DNA from: an uncultured bacterium
Lineage (GTDB): Bacteria; Oederibacteriota; Oederibacteriia; Oederibacteriales; Oederibacteriaceae
Length of the DNA: 64,000 nt
Assembly: GCA_965112635.1 (NCBI GenBank)
Contig: OZ218778.1
Location: 1,888,001 to 1,952,000 of the forward strand
Direction: 5' to 3'
Part shown: piece after piece, positions 1 through 9,471 of the stretch
Layout of the letters: each line of letters begins with the position of its first letter
How positions within the stretch are numbered: the first letter of the stretch is position 1
Notes under the pieces: generated by a model
Seen by the model: the letters and a program-made list of their open reading frames with translations, nothing else
What the model was told of the DNA's origin: nothing
Database searches by the model: none
Translations under genes and position numbers: made by a program

Positions 1-735
1 GCCAATGCGCCTTCCGCGACCACCCTCGCTTTGAATAATGCTCCTAAGGAAGAAGTCATTGAAGGCCCGCCTACAGCGGAATTAGAGAAGAAAACTGCTA
101 AGCCAAAGGAAGAAGAGGTCGATCTTTGGAAGGCCGATACCCCTTATGATAAGATCCCGGAGACAGTACCCCAGACCCAGGAAGAAAAATCGCAGGATCT
201 GGCAGACACAGACAACGAATGGTCGTGGGGCACTCCTTATCAAAACAAGAAAGTCGGTCCCAAAGTCAGGCTTGACGTGGCCTTGCTGGATTCGGATGGG
301 GATGAGTATCAGGGAGGGGCCAAGCTGACCGCCCGCTCCAATTTTGTGGACTGCAAAAATTGGGAACTCAAGATCGTGGACCAGGACGGGAAAGCGGTCA
401 GGACCTATTCAGGCAAAGACAAGCTTCCCACCGAAGTCGAATGGGACGGAAAAAACACCGCCTCGGAAAAGGTCAAGAACGGGCTTTACGCCTATGTGTT
501 CAAGGCCGTAAGCATAGCAGGGGACCCAGCCGCTGCGGACGGTGAAATTCCCAGCCGGAACCCCACCCTGCTGGAAGAAAAGGACTGGAAAGCGGATACT
601 CTGTATGCTGATAATGCTCCGGGTACGAGTTCTGTTATCAAGGCGAAGCGCAAAGAAGACGTCGATTATCAAAGCCTTGTTTTGAATTCCGGTAAGATTT
701 TATTTGCCATTGCCCTGCTTTTGTTGGTCCTGTAA
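1..735 (+). CDS. 5'-truncated protein with a FlgD-Ig-like domain and a C-terminal hydrophobic tail
   Basis: Frame is open from base 1. Motif WELKIVDQDGKAVRTY...WDGKN..EKVKNGLYAY is FlgD-Ig-like. Ends KILFAIALLLLVL. Confidence 0.6.
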   Translation, partial: ANAPSATTLALNNAPKEEVIEGPPTAELEKKTAKPKEEEVDLWKADTPYDKIPETVPQTQEEKSQDLADTDNEWSWGTPYQNKKVGPKVRLDVALLDSDGDEYQGGAKLTARSNFVDCKNWELKIVDQDGKAVRTYSGKDKLPTEVEWDGKNTASEKVKNGLYAYVFKAVSIAGDPAAADGEIPSRNPTLLEEKDWKADTLYADNAPGTSSVIKAKRKEDVDYQSLVLNSGKILFAIALLLLVL

Positions 736-851
736 ACTTCCCCGCCCTAAAGGGCGGTGTTTTCATAAGGAGGAGATATCTTGTTTGTTCCTCCTCGCTA
801 CGCTCGGGCTGCCGTTTATCCCCGGCCTAAAGGCCGGGGTTTTCTCGGCAG
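732..851. mobile_element. Non-autonomous IS200/IS605-type miniature element (PATE/REP-like)
   Basis: Hairpin CCGCCCT-AA-AGGGCGG at 742-757. Hairpin CCCCGGCCT-AA-AGGCCGGGG at 820-839, extended by CTGCCG/CGGCAG (809-851). Internal AGGAGGA/TCCTCCT stem at 768-795. No ORF. Confidence 0.6.
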
Positions 852-981
852 TAGTCATAAAACCGGCTTAAAATATTTCGTTGGTTTTGATGCAGAGGGC
901 AAAAGCGTTTAGTGGCTAGTTCCAAGCAGGAGGCATTCTACGCAGTCGGAAACCGTCTGGGCGCGAGCTTGCAGGATCTCA

Positions 982-2952
982 TTGGGTTTAGTCTTATTAT
1001 TATGCCCGCTTTTCTTTTGGCTTCAATGCGAAGACGCTTTTAACCTTCCCAAGCAGACCCTGTTGTATCTATTGCTGTTGCTCTCTTTGATCTTCTGGTG
1101 GACTAAATCCGTGGAGTCTCGATTATTCTGGTATCCCCGGCATCTTGTACAGATCGTCCTGCTGGGCTGGCTGGCCTGCGGGATTTTGTCTGTTTTAGTG
1201 AACGGCTCCTCCGTCCTTGGCTGGGCCGCGTGGATCGAATGGCTGGCGCTCGTTGTTCTTTTTATTCTGGTCTTTGGCAGCATCGAGAACGACAGTCATC
1301 TCAATATGTATTTTTCCCTGGCTTTAATTGCCTCAGGGTTGTATGGAGTTTATGGTTTTTTGCAATTTTTCGGAATAGACGTGATCCATTGGTCTTCCCT
1401 GGGCGCAGGCAGGATCTATTCGACCCTTGGGAATCCTGACCAATTAGCGGGCCAAATCGCTTTGGTTCTGCCCCTTGTCGCGATCTTTTTTGTTTTAGGC
1501 ATCAAGCGTCTTTGGACCCTTCCCCTTTTTATGGTCCTGATTTGCGTCCTGTTCTTTACTCAATCCAAATCGGGACTTTTAGCCTCCTTTATCTCTTTCC
1601 TCCTCCTGGTCGTTGGAGTTCTGGTGTTCATGGGGCGGGCGGTTCTTCGGGAGCATCGGATCCAGGTGGTCACCTTGGTGGTAGTTTTTTTTGCCATAGC
1701 TTTTGCCAGCTTCATGGTTTCTCCTGGCAAAACTTCTCCCTCTTTGCCAACTTCCTTGTTCGATCTTAAACAAAGCTCTGCGTCGATCCGTATTTTTATC
1801 TGGAAAGGGGCGGTCCGGTTGATCGCAGAGTCCCCCCTTATAGGTCGTGGATTGGGGAGTTTTCAGGCGCTTAACCCCAGAGAGCAGGCGCAGGTCTGGC
1901 AGAGCGGAGGTTATGAAAGAACGGGGATCGATGTCCACGATGAGGCCTATGCGCATAATGATTATCTTCAGATGGCTGCTGAAGGGGGCCTGCTAACCCT
2001 GGTATTTTTCCTCGCATTTTTTATACTTATTTTCTCTAACGGGTTCAGCTATTTAAAAAAAGAAACCTTGCGCAACCGCCAGGGGGTCGTGTTGGCCTTA
2101 ATGGCAGGATTGGCAGGGTTCCTTACTTTTGCGTTCTTTAATTTTCCGCTTAAGATGCCTTCTGTGGCGGCCACGGCGTTTGCTTGGGGCGCGATCTTGT
2201 GCCGTTATGACGGTATTTTCGCTTCCGGCCGGGTCGTTGGCCTTGCCAAAGGAATTTTGGTCCATCCTTCCTTGAAAAAAGCGCTTGAGTCTTTGGGGGC
2301 CGTGGTATTGCTTGCGCTGATGGTCTTTGTTTTCCAGGGATTTTTGGGCGGAGTTTTCTTTAAGTCGGGATTGCGGGCCATTGAAGCCCATAGGTCCCAA
2401 GATGCTTTGCCGTATTTGGATAGAGCCCTCAATTGTAATCCCTATAATATATCTTGCCTGTTCTATGACGCTTTAGCCTGGGAGGAGAGCGGTAACTGGC
2501 AGGAGGCCGTAAAACAATATAAGGCGACCTTGGCCCTTTATCCTTATTCCATGGGCGCTTGCTATAATCTAGCCAATCTGGAAAAAAGAGCAGGACGATA
2601 TCAAGAAGCCGAGGAGTATTATTTAAGAGCCCTGGCTATCAAGCCGAACTATACCGACGCTTTGAACAATTTAGGGGCACTTTACTACCTTTGGGGGTCG
2701 AGCTTGAGGGACCCCTCCCTTAAATTGCAGGCCCAGCTTTATTACCAAAAAGCGGAGTTGCAATACGCCAAGGCCTTGCAGTACAGACCGGATTTTGTGG
2801 AAGCGCATTTTAATTTGGGCGTTATTTACCTTGCGCTGGATGAAAAGGCGGGAGCAGAAAAAGAGTTGAAGCGTGTTCTGGAACTCGACCCGAATTATGA
2901 CATGGCCAAGACCATTCTGAACAAGCTCAAGAAGAAGAAATCGAAGAAATAA
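982..2952 (+). CDS. O-antigen ligase (Wzy_C) family membrane protein with C-terminal TPR repeats
   Basis: Many TM segments; STLGNPD, TQSKSG, RIFIW..P..GRGLG and AHNDYLQ..AEGG motifs; TPRs such as YNLA...GRYQEA and NNLG. Start uncertain. Confidence 0.85.
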   Translation: MGLVLLLCPLFFWLQCEDAFNLPKQTLLYLLLLLSLIFWWTKSVESRLFWYPRHLVQIVLLGWLACGILSVLVNGSSVLGWAAWIEWLALVVLFILVFGSIENDSHLNMYFSLALIASGLYGVYGFLQFFGIDVIHWSSLGAGRIYSTLGNPDQLAGQIALVLPLVAIFFVLGIKRLWTLPLFMVLICVLFFTQSKSGLLASFISFLLLVVGVLVFMGRAVLREHRIQVVTLVVVFFAIAFASFMVSPGKTSPSLPTSLFDLKQSSASIRIFIWKGAVRLIAESPLIGRGLGSFQALNPREQAQVWQSGGYERTGIDVHDEAYAHNDYLQMAAEGGLLTLVFFLAFFILIFSNGFSYLKKETLRNRQGVVLALMAGLAGFLTFAFFNFPLKMPSVAATAFAWGAILCRYDGIFASGRVVGLAKGILVHPSLKKALESLGAVVLLALMVFVFQGFLGGVFFKSGLRAIEAHRSQDALPYLDRALNCNPYNISCLFYDALAWEESGNWQEAVKQYKATLALYPYSMGACYNLANLEKRAGRYQEAEEYYLRALAIKPNYTDALNNLGALYYLWGSSLRDPSLKLQAQLYYQKAELQYAKALQYRPDFVEAHFNLGVIYLALDEKAGAEKELKRVLELDPNYDMAKTILNKLKKKKSKK

Positions 2953-3028
2953 TTTTTTTCCCTCCAGAACCGCGATTTTTCCTGCCATAATATGAAGTAT
3001 CAGTTAATCTACTATTGGAGTTGGGAAC

Positions 3029-3730
3029 ATGGCTAGATCTGCCGCAAAGACCAGGTGGGTCACGGATATTTTCACGGAGTGCGCTCCCTATTATGATGGC
3101 TTACAGCGGTATTTTACGCTAGGCCAGGACGAGCGTTTGCGCACCAAAGCAGCCAGGCTGCTGAAAAACCCAGAGGGAAACCTGTTGGAGATGTGCTGCG
3201 GCACGGGTGGTTTTACCCAGACCCTGCGCCGGCTTTATCCCGACCTTAGGATCACCGCGGTGGACCATTGCGAGGAAATGCTGCAGATAGCCCGTAAAAA
3301 AATGGCCGGTGAAAGAGGGGTGCATTTTACCGGCGGCAACGCGGAATCCCTTTCTTTTACCGACCATTCTTTTAATTTTGTGGCCATGGCCTTTGGGTTA
3401 AGGCATGTTTCGGACAGCAGAACGGTCCTGGAAGAAGCCTTTCGCTTGCTCAAGAACGGCGGACAACTTGTCGTTCTGGATATCGTCAGCTCGGGATATA
3501 GGATGCCCTGCGACCTTTTTTACCATACTTACCACCATCTCTTTTACCCTTTCGCTTGTAAAAAAGTGTTAAGGGCAGACTGCTCTTACCAATATCTTTA
3601 TGATTCCATTCTCCACTTTCCGTCCCCCAGGAAAATAAAGCGGTTGATGGAGGATGTTGGTTTTGACAATGTTCATTGGAAGCGCGCAGGCTTTGGGCTG
3701 GCTGTGATCTGGACAGCCTGGAAAGGATAG
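3029..3730 (+). CDS. UbiE/MenG-family SAM-dependent methyltransferase
   Basis: F...APYYD, LLEMCCGTG (motif I), GNAESLSF, AFGLRHV, Y.YL..SI..FP. Confidence 0.8.
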   Translation: MARSAAKTRWVTDIFTECAPYYDGLQRYFTLGQDERLRTKAARLLKNPEGNLLEMCCGTGGFTQTLRRLYPDLRITAVDHCEEMLQIARKKMAGERGVHFTGGNAESLSFTDHSFNFVAMAFGLRHVSDSRTVLEEAFRLLKNGGQLVVLDIVSSGYRMPCDLFYHTYHHLFYPFACKKVLRADCSYQYLYDSILHFPSPRKIKRLMEDVGFDNVHWKRAGFGLAVIWTAWKG

Positions 3731-3737
3731 AAGGTAA

Positions 3738-5279
3738 ATGCAAACTCTCATCAGGGCATGTTTTGCTGTGGCATCAGGTATTTTGCTGGGCTTGAGTTTT
3801 CCCAATATTATAACCCCTGAATTCAGCGGTTGGACCTCCTGGCTGGTGTGGGTCGCCCTTATCCCGCTTCTTTTGATCCTGGAAAAGGGAAAAGCCCGCC
3901 AGGCTTTTTGCTTTGGATGGCTGGCGGGATTTGTTTATTTTTTCCTGTCCCTCTATTGGATCAGCCAAGTCCAGGAGTTGCAGGAATTTGCCTGGCCCGG
4001 CCTGTTGGCCCTGGCCCTCTATCTCGGTTTATATGTGGCCGTGTGGTGTTGGGCGGTGGTCTTCATAGAAAGGAACCTTGGTTTTTGGAGCTGGCTCATG
4101 GCCCCATTCCTGTGGGCTTTGCTTGAATTCTGCCGGACCTATTTTTTAACGGGCTTTGCATGGAATACCCTGGCTAGTTCCCAATATTCCCAAAAGTTCC
4201 TGCTGCAGGTTGTTAATTTGACGGGGCAGGGAGGGCTCAGCGCTTTTATAGTCTTTTGCAATATAGCCCTTTATTTTTTGTGGCTTGATATCAAATACAA
4301 ACATAGGGGCATAGGCGTCAGCTTATGCCTGGCTTGCCTGGTGCTGTTTTTGGGTTTGTTCTCTTACGGGGTTTATTTTGTTCTGATGTCTCAGACCGGG
4401 AAAACTTGCAGGGTGGCGGTCGTCCAGGGAAATATCGACCCTTCGGTTAAATGGAATAAGGAATTGTATGACCGGACCCTTTCGGTTTACCAGCGTTTGA
4501 CCCTAGAGGCCGCGAAACAAAGACCCCAATTGATCGTTTGGCCAGAAACGGCCATTCCCGTTGTGCTTTTGTCCGACCCGCAGACCCTGGCCTGGTTAAG
4601 AAACCTGGCTAAAGAGTGCAAAATCCCCCTTTTGGTAGGCAGTTGCGATATCGCCAATCCTCTGGAAGCAAAGCCTGACCATGCGCAGTATTTGAATACG
4701 GCTTTTTTGGTCTCTCCAGACGGGGACATTTTGGGCCGCTATGACAAGATCCACCTGGTCCCTTTTGGCGAATTTATCCCTTTCAAGGATTATTTCCCTT
4801 ATATCCAAAAAATAGCCGGCGGTTTTGGCGAGTCAGCGCCGGGCCGGGAGGCCAAGACCCTGGCTGTTGAGGGCAATTCTTTTGGCGTTCTGATATGTTT
4901 TGAAACCATTTTCCCGGAGCTTTCCAGGTCGTTCGTCCGCCAAGGCGCTTCGTTTTTGGTGAGCATCACCAACGATGGATGGTACGGCTGGACGGCAGCT
5001 GCCTATCAGCATGCCTCTTTTGCAGTGTTGAGGGCGGTAGAGAACGGCGTACCTCTGGCCAGGGCGGCCAATACCGGCGTTTCATTGGTCATCGACCAAA
5101 GAGGCACGATCTTGGGATTTTTGCCCTTGTGGCAGGAGGGATTCCTGGTAAAAGATATCCGTTTGGGGACTGGTAAAACTTTTTATGCCAATTGGGGTGA
5201 ATGGTTCACGGTGGTTTCGATATTGGTGGTCCTGGCCAGTTTTATTTTATATTTTATTCAAAGAGGCAGGAAGAAGTAA
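3738..5279 (+). CDS. lnt: Apolipoprotein N-acyltransferase
   Basis: VQGNI, WPETA (Glu), YDKIHLVPFGEF (Lys), ICFE (Cys), TNDGW, RAVENG, RAANTGVS. Confidence 0.95.
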   Translation: MQTLIRACFAVASGILLGLSFPNIITPEFSGWTSWLVWVALIPLLLILEKGKARQAFCFGWLAGFVYFFLSLYWISQVQELQEFAWPGLLALALYLGLYVAVWCWAVVFIERNLGFWSWLMAPFLWALLEFCRTYFLTGFAWNTLASSQYSQKFLLQVVNLTGQGGLSAFIVFCNIALYFLWLDIKYKHRGIGVSLCLACLVLFLGLFSYGVYFVLMSQTGKTCRVAVVQGNIDPSVKWNKELYDRTLSVYQRLTLEAAKQRPQLIVWPETAIPVVLLSDPQTLAWLRNLAKECKIPLLVGSCDIANPLEAKPDHAQYLNTAFLVSPDGDILGRYDKIHLVPFGEFIPFKDYFPYIQKIAGGFGESAPGREAKTLAVEGNSFGVLICFETIFPELSRSFVRQGASFLVSITNDGWYGWTAAAYQHASFAVLRAVENGVPLARAANTGVSLVIDQRGTILGFLPLWQEGFLVKDIRLGTGKTFYANWGEWFTVVSILVVLASFILYFIQRGRKK

Positions 5280-5280
5280 T

Positions 5281-6324
5281 ATGGCGTTTATAGATGAGGT
5301 CAATGCCCAGCCTGATGTCTTGGAAAACTTGCTCAATTTTTACGAGGGAGCAGAGGGACAAAAAGTCCTTGGGCAAGCTTTCAGGTTGGTCAAAGGGCGG
5401 CCTGTACGGTCTCTAGTTTTTTTAGGGATGGGCACTTCGTATTATGTCCCACTTTTAATAAGGGGCCAGATCAGTCCTCGTTATGCCGCCGTGATCTGGG
5501 ATGCCGGAGAGTTCTTGCACTCTGGCTTGGGTTCGGTCAACAAGGACGACGTGGTTATCGCCATTTCGCAATCCGGTGAGAGCGTAGAAACCAAAAAATG
5601 CGTCGAAGCGCTAAAGAATCACGGGAGGTTGATCGCTTTGACCAATGATCCGGATTCTATCATGGCCAGATTATCTTCCCTGAACCTCCCCCTCATGGCA
5701 GGGCAGGAAGCTTCCATTTCCACAAAAACTTATACCAACTCTATGGCTTTGCTCCTTGTTTTGGCCCAGAGGTTGATGGCGGGTTCCCTGAAGCGGACCT
5801 TTAAGGAGCTTAGAGAGTGCGGCCGGGAAATGAGGCTGTTCTTCGCGCACAATAGAAACCTGATGGCAGAGGCAGGTGAATTTTTAAGAAAGGCGGTTTA
5901 TCTTCATTTTATTGCCCGCGGGCCGTGCAGCGCGGCGGCCCTGCAAGCCAGTTTGACCTGGATGGAAGGTGTTCATCTGGCCAACACGGCCTTTAGCGGC
6001 GGCAGTTTCCGTCATGGGCCTCTGGAAATGGCGGGCAAGGGACATCACGCTGTGGTTTACGCTCCGGAAGGCAAAGAAGGGGAGCTCACCGCTAGTTTGG
6101 CGGAAGAGATCAGCCGAATGGGCAGCAAAGTGGTGCTGTTCTCCGGAGGGAAGAGGAAGAACAAAAAAAATCTCCTGGTCATCCCTGTGCGACCGCCTCA
6201 GAACAGGGTCTTCAGCCTTTCCTGCGCTGTGCCTCAGGAAATGCTGCTGGCTGAAATGGCCCAGGCGAGATCTCTGGTTCCCGGCCATTTTGCCCATATC
6301 AGCAAGGTCACTAGGGTAGAATAA
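5281..6324 (+). CDS. SIS-domain sugar-phosphate isomerase/deaminase (GlmS/AgaS/FrlB-like)
   Basis: E...QP, GMGTS, ISQSGES.ET, STKTY, FRHGPLE. ATG at 5281, just after lnt, is preferred over the ORF-track start 5185. Confidence 0.8.
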   Translation: MAFIDEVNAQPDVLENLLNFYEGAEGQKVLGQAFRLVKGRPVRSLVFLGMGTSYYVPLLIRGQISPRYAAVIWDAGEFLHSGLGSVNKDDVVIAISQSGESVETKKCVEALKNHGRLIALTNDPDSIMARLSSLNLPLMAGQEASISTKTYTNSMALLLVLAQRLMAGSLKRTFKELRECGREMRLFFAHNRNLMAEAGEFLRKAVYLHFIARGPCSAAALQASLTWMEGVHLANTAFSGGSFRHGPLEMAGKGHHAVVYAPEGKEGELTASLAEEISRMGSKVVLFSGGKRKNKKNLLVIPVRPPQNRVFSLSCAVPQEMLLAEMAQARSLVPGHFAHISKVTRVE

Positions 6325-6358
6325 ACACAGGGGTGAAGCGTGAACAGGAAGGAGAAGG

Positions 6359-7405
6359 ATGAAAATTGAGGCGTTGACCCGGGACGAAGTAAGATCTGTT
6401 ATTAAAGGTGAAGCTAAGACGCGGCGTGTCCCCGTTTATGTCCATATTTGGGTGCATACGGAAACTTTTGGAGACCGTGAGCCTGCAGTGAAGGAAATAC
6501 TCAGCCGCTATCCCCAAGATGTCCAGCTTGTTTCATTCGTTATGCCGTGGGTGTTCCAGGGACCGAACGACAGGCCTGACTACAAATGGCTGCCTTATGA
6601 CGATCCCTACATAGGCCGAACCGTAGCGATCGATGAGCAGATCGCTTTACCCGATTGGAACGATTTGGACTCGATACTCGCCCGTTTTCCCGATCCGGAG
6701 TATCCGAACCTGTTCAAGGGAGCGGAAGCTCCTCCGGACGGCCGCTACAGGCTGGCCCATTGGTGGTTTTGTCTCTTTGAGCGCCACTGGAGCCTGAGAG
6801 GGATGACCAATGCTTTGTTGGACTATTATGAGCATCCGGCGGAGACGCACCGTCTTTTCCGGGCTCTGACGGACTTTTACTTACGGATCATTGAACGAGC
6901 TAAAAAGGAAAAGGGCTGCGACGGCATCTGGACCTCGGACGACCTGGGGACGCAGACCTCGACTTTCTTCTCGGTCAAGATTTTCCGGGAGTTTTTTAAG
7001 CCCTACTACACAGAAATAGCCCAAAAGATCCACGATCTGGGCATGGATTTTTGGATGCACGCCTGCGGTTATGTTGAGCCGTTTATCCCGGAATGGATCG
7101 AAGCCGGGCTTGATGTTCTGCACCCGATCCAGAAGCACACGATGGATGAAAAGAAGATCGCCGGGAAATATGGAGACCGTTTGACCATCTTTTCCGGTTT
7201 GGATGTCCAGCGAGTCATCCCTTGGGGGACCCCGCAGGAAGTCCGCGCCGAGGTCAGGTACCTGATGGACACCTTTTGGAGGCCGGGGAAAGGACGCTGC
7301 ATGATCACAGCTGGCAACGGGATCAACCAGGACTGCACCTTGGAGAGCCTGGAGGCGTTCTTGGACGAGGCCGTCCGCTATGGTGCTCAAGTGGCGCTCC
7401 GATAA
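6359..7405 (+). CDS. Uroporphyrinogen decarboxylase (URO-D/MtaA-CmuA) superfamily protein
   Basis: LFER.WSLRGM, DDLGTQ, FFKPYY, HACG, GLDVQ..IPWGTP.EVRAEV. Confidence 0.8.
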   Translation: MKIEALTRDEVRSVIKGEAKTRRVPVYVHIWVHTETFGDREPAVKEILSRYPQDVQLVSFVMPWVFQGPNDRPDYKWLPYDDPYIGRTVAIDEQIALPDWNDLDSILARFPDPEYPNLFKGAEAPPDGRYRLAHWWFCLFERHWSLRGMTNALLDYYEHPAETHRLFRALTDFYLRIIERAKKEKGCDGIWTSDDLGTQTSTFFSVKIFREFFKPYYTEIAQKIHDLGMDFWMHACGYVEPFIPEWIEAGLDVLHPIQKHTMDEKKIAGKYGDRLTIFSGLDVQRVIPWGTPQEVRAEVRYLMDTFWRPGKGRCMITAGNGINQDCTLESLEAFLDEAVRYGAQVALR

Positions 7406-7437
7406 CCTTAACGGCCTGGAGTGCCTGGGTTAATTCC

Positions 7438-7466
7438 TTGAAAAACAACAGTGGGTTTGGTAGATT
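7438..7466 (+). promoter_or_regulatory. Probable sigma70 promoter of tRNA-Gly
   Basis: TTGAAA-N17-TAGATT ending 34 nt upstream of the tRNA. Confidence 0.5.
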
Positions 7467-7500
7467 TTTCAGTTAGATTAATCTAAGGGAGTTCAATAGA

Positions 7501-7575
<75 letters not shown>

Positions 7576-7589
7576 AATTCCATACTATC

Positions 7590-9315
7590 TCACTGGTCGA
7601 CCATTTCCGTGACTTCGAGGACTTCCGACAAGGTGGTTACGCCGCTCAAAATCTTTTGGACACCGTCTTCGAACATCGTGACCATGCCGTTTTTGATGGA
7701 TTCCTCTTTGATCTTGGAAGCCGTCTCTTTTTCCACCACCAGTTTCCTGATACCTTCGTTCATCTCCAGCAATTCCGAAATGACGGTCCGGCCGCGGAAT
7801 CCAGTATTGAAGCAGTTGCGGCATCCCGGAGCATAAAAGATCTTGTGAGGGGTATGGCCAGTCACTAAAAAGGCTTTTTTGTCATCCTCGGTGGGGACCG
7901 TCTCTTTTTTGCAACGCAAACACAATGTCCTGACCAGACGTTGGCTGATGACCGCGCGCAGGGAGCTGGCGATCAGGTAAGGAGGAACTCCCATTTCCAC
8001 CAGTCGCACCACGGCCGATGGGGCGTCGTTGGTGTGAATGGTGGAGAAAACCAGGTGGCCGGTCAAAGAGGCCCGAATGGCGATCTCCGCGGTTTCCAGG
8101 TCCCTGATCTCGCCGACCAAAATGATATCCGGGTCCTGGCGAAGGATGGACCTCAAGGCGTAAGTGAAGTTGAGCCCGATTTCGCTGTGCATCTGTATCT
8201 GCGTAACGCCTTCGATCTCGTATTCCACGGGATCCTCCACGGTCGTGATGTTCTTAGTGCCCGTGTTGAGGGCCTGCAGGGCGCTATAGAGGGTCGTGGT
8301 CTTGCCGCTGCCCGTAGGGCCGCTCATCAGGATGATGCCATAGGTCTTGCGGATGATCCGCTTCAGGGCGTTCAACATATGAGGATTAAAACCGATATTA
8401 TCCAAACCCACGACCAAAACCCCTTTATCCAAGATACGCAGGACGACTTTTTCCCCGTTGATGGTCGGTGTGACGGCCACCCGGAAGTCTATTTCGCGGT
8501 TCTCCACTTTGATATGAAAACTGCCGTCCTGGGGCATGCGGCGTTCCATGATATCGAGCTTGGACATGACCTTGATCCTCGAGACAACGCTCGGCGCCAA
8601 GGCCAGCGGCAAGGTCTGCGCGGGCTGCAGGACCCCGTCCACTCGATAGAACACCTTTAAAAATGTTTTGGTCGGGATGATATGGATGTCGCTGGCCCGT
8701 CGTAAAAAGGCTTCCAAAAGGATCAGGTTAACCGACTTGACCACCGTGCTTTTTTCGTTCTCTTCCTGGACCGAGGCGGAAGGCACGGCGAGGTTGTCTA
8801 TCTCGATCCCCAGCCTTTTGGTCAGCGTCACGCCTTTGTCCACCGCCGTGTTCAACATATGCTGGACGATGCTGACCTTGTAATGGTCTTGATATTCCAT
8901 GAGTTTTTTCAGGATCTCACCGCGGGAGCCCATGGCCGCTTCAACCGGCCCCTGCAGGATGGCCTGGAGACGGTCCACCGTGTCCATATCCATGGGGTTT
9001 TCCATGGCTGACTATGGTGGTATTGTTCTTTTTCTCTATGGGGATCAACACCTTGCTGGAGGCCATATCCTGGGGGACCATGACCACGAGCTCCGGTTCC
9101 GGGGACAGGTTCTCCACGTCCAGGAAGGTGATCCCCATCGTGGATGCCCTTAATTTAAGCAGCTGCAACTCCTCCAGAAGTCCCAGATGGAGCAAAGCTT
9201 CACCAAAGGGAACTTTTTGTTCTTCCTCGTAATGGTGGACTTCCTCGAGTTGCTGGGAGGTCAGGATTTTCCTGTGGATTATCTCGTTTTGCAGGGCCAG
9301 GTCCGCGGGTTTCAA
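7590..9315 (-). CDS. GspE/PilB-family secretion/pilus ATPase, split by a +1 frameshift near 9010 (ORFs 8941-9315 and 7590-9005)
   Basis: ASDIHI, ERRMPQDG, GPTGSGKTTT, TVEDPVE, LRQDPD, TGHLVFSTIHTNDA, two CxxC pairs. The N-terminal T2SSE_N-like part lies in the other frame and has an AGGAGA RBS. Confidence 0.85.
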
Positions 9316-9390
9316 GAAACAATCTCCTTTTAATTAGAAGGGTGCTAAAAAAGTTCTCCACACTGGACTTTTTCAGATTTATTGAATTGT

Positions 9391-9471
9391 AAAGCATCGC
9401 CAATCCCTGCGGATTTGCGATGTAACAGGCTGCTAAATGACCCTCTATTAGGGTTTTTCAGCAGCCTGTTA
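9391..9471. repeat. Dispersed ~80-bp double-hairpin element, copy 1
   Basis: CATCGC..AATCC/GGATT..GCGATG followed by TAACAGGCTGCT...AGCAGCCTGTTA; homologous to 25941-26020. Confidence 0.8.

Noticed and set aside
5185-5280. ORF-track N-terminal extensions (5185, 35702, 39005, 42849, 45232, 46116)
   Set aside because: They overlap upstream genes or promoters; downstream starts fit RBS position, coupling or domain boundaries better.
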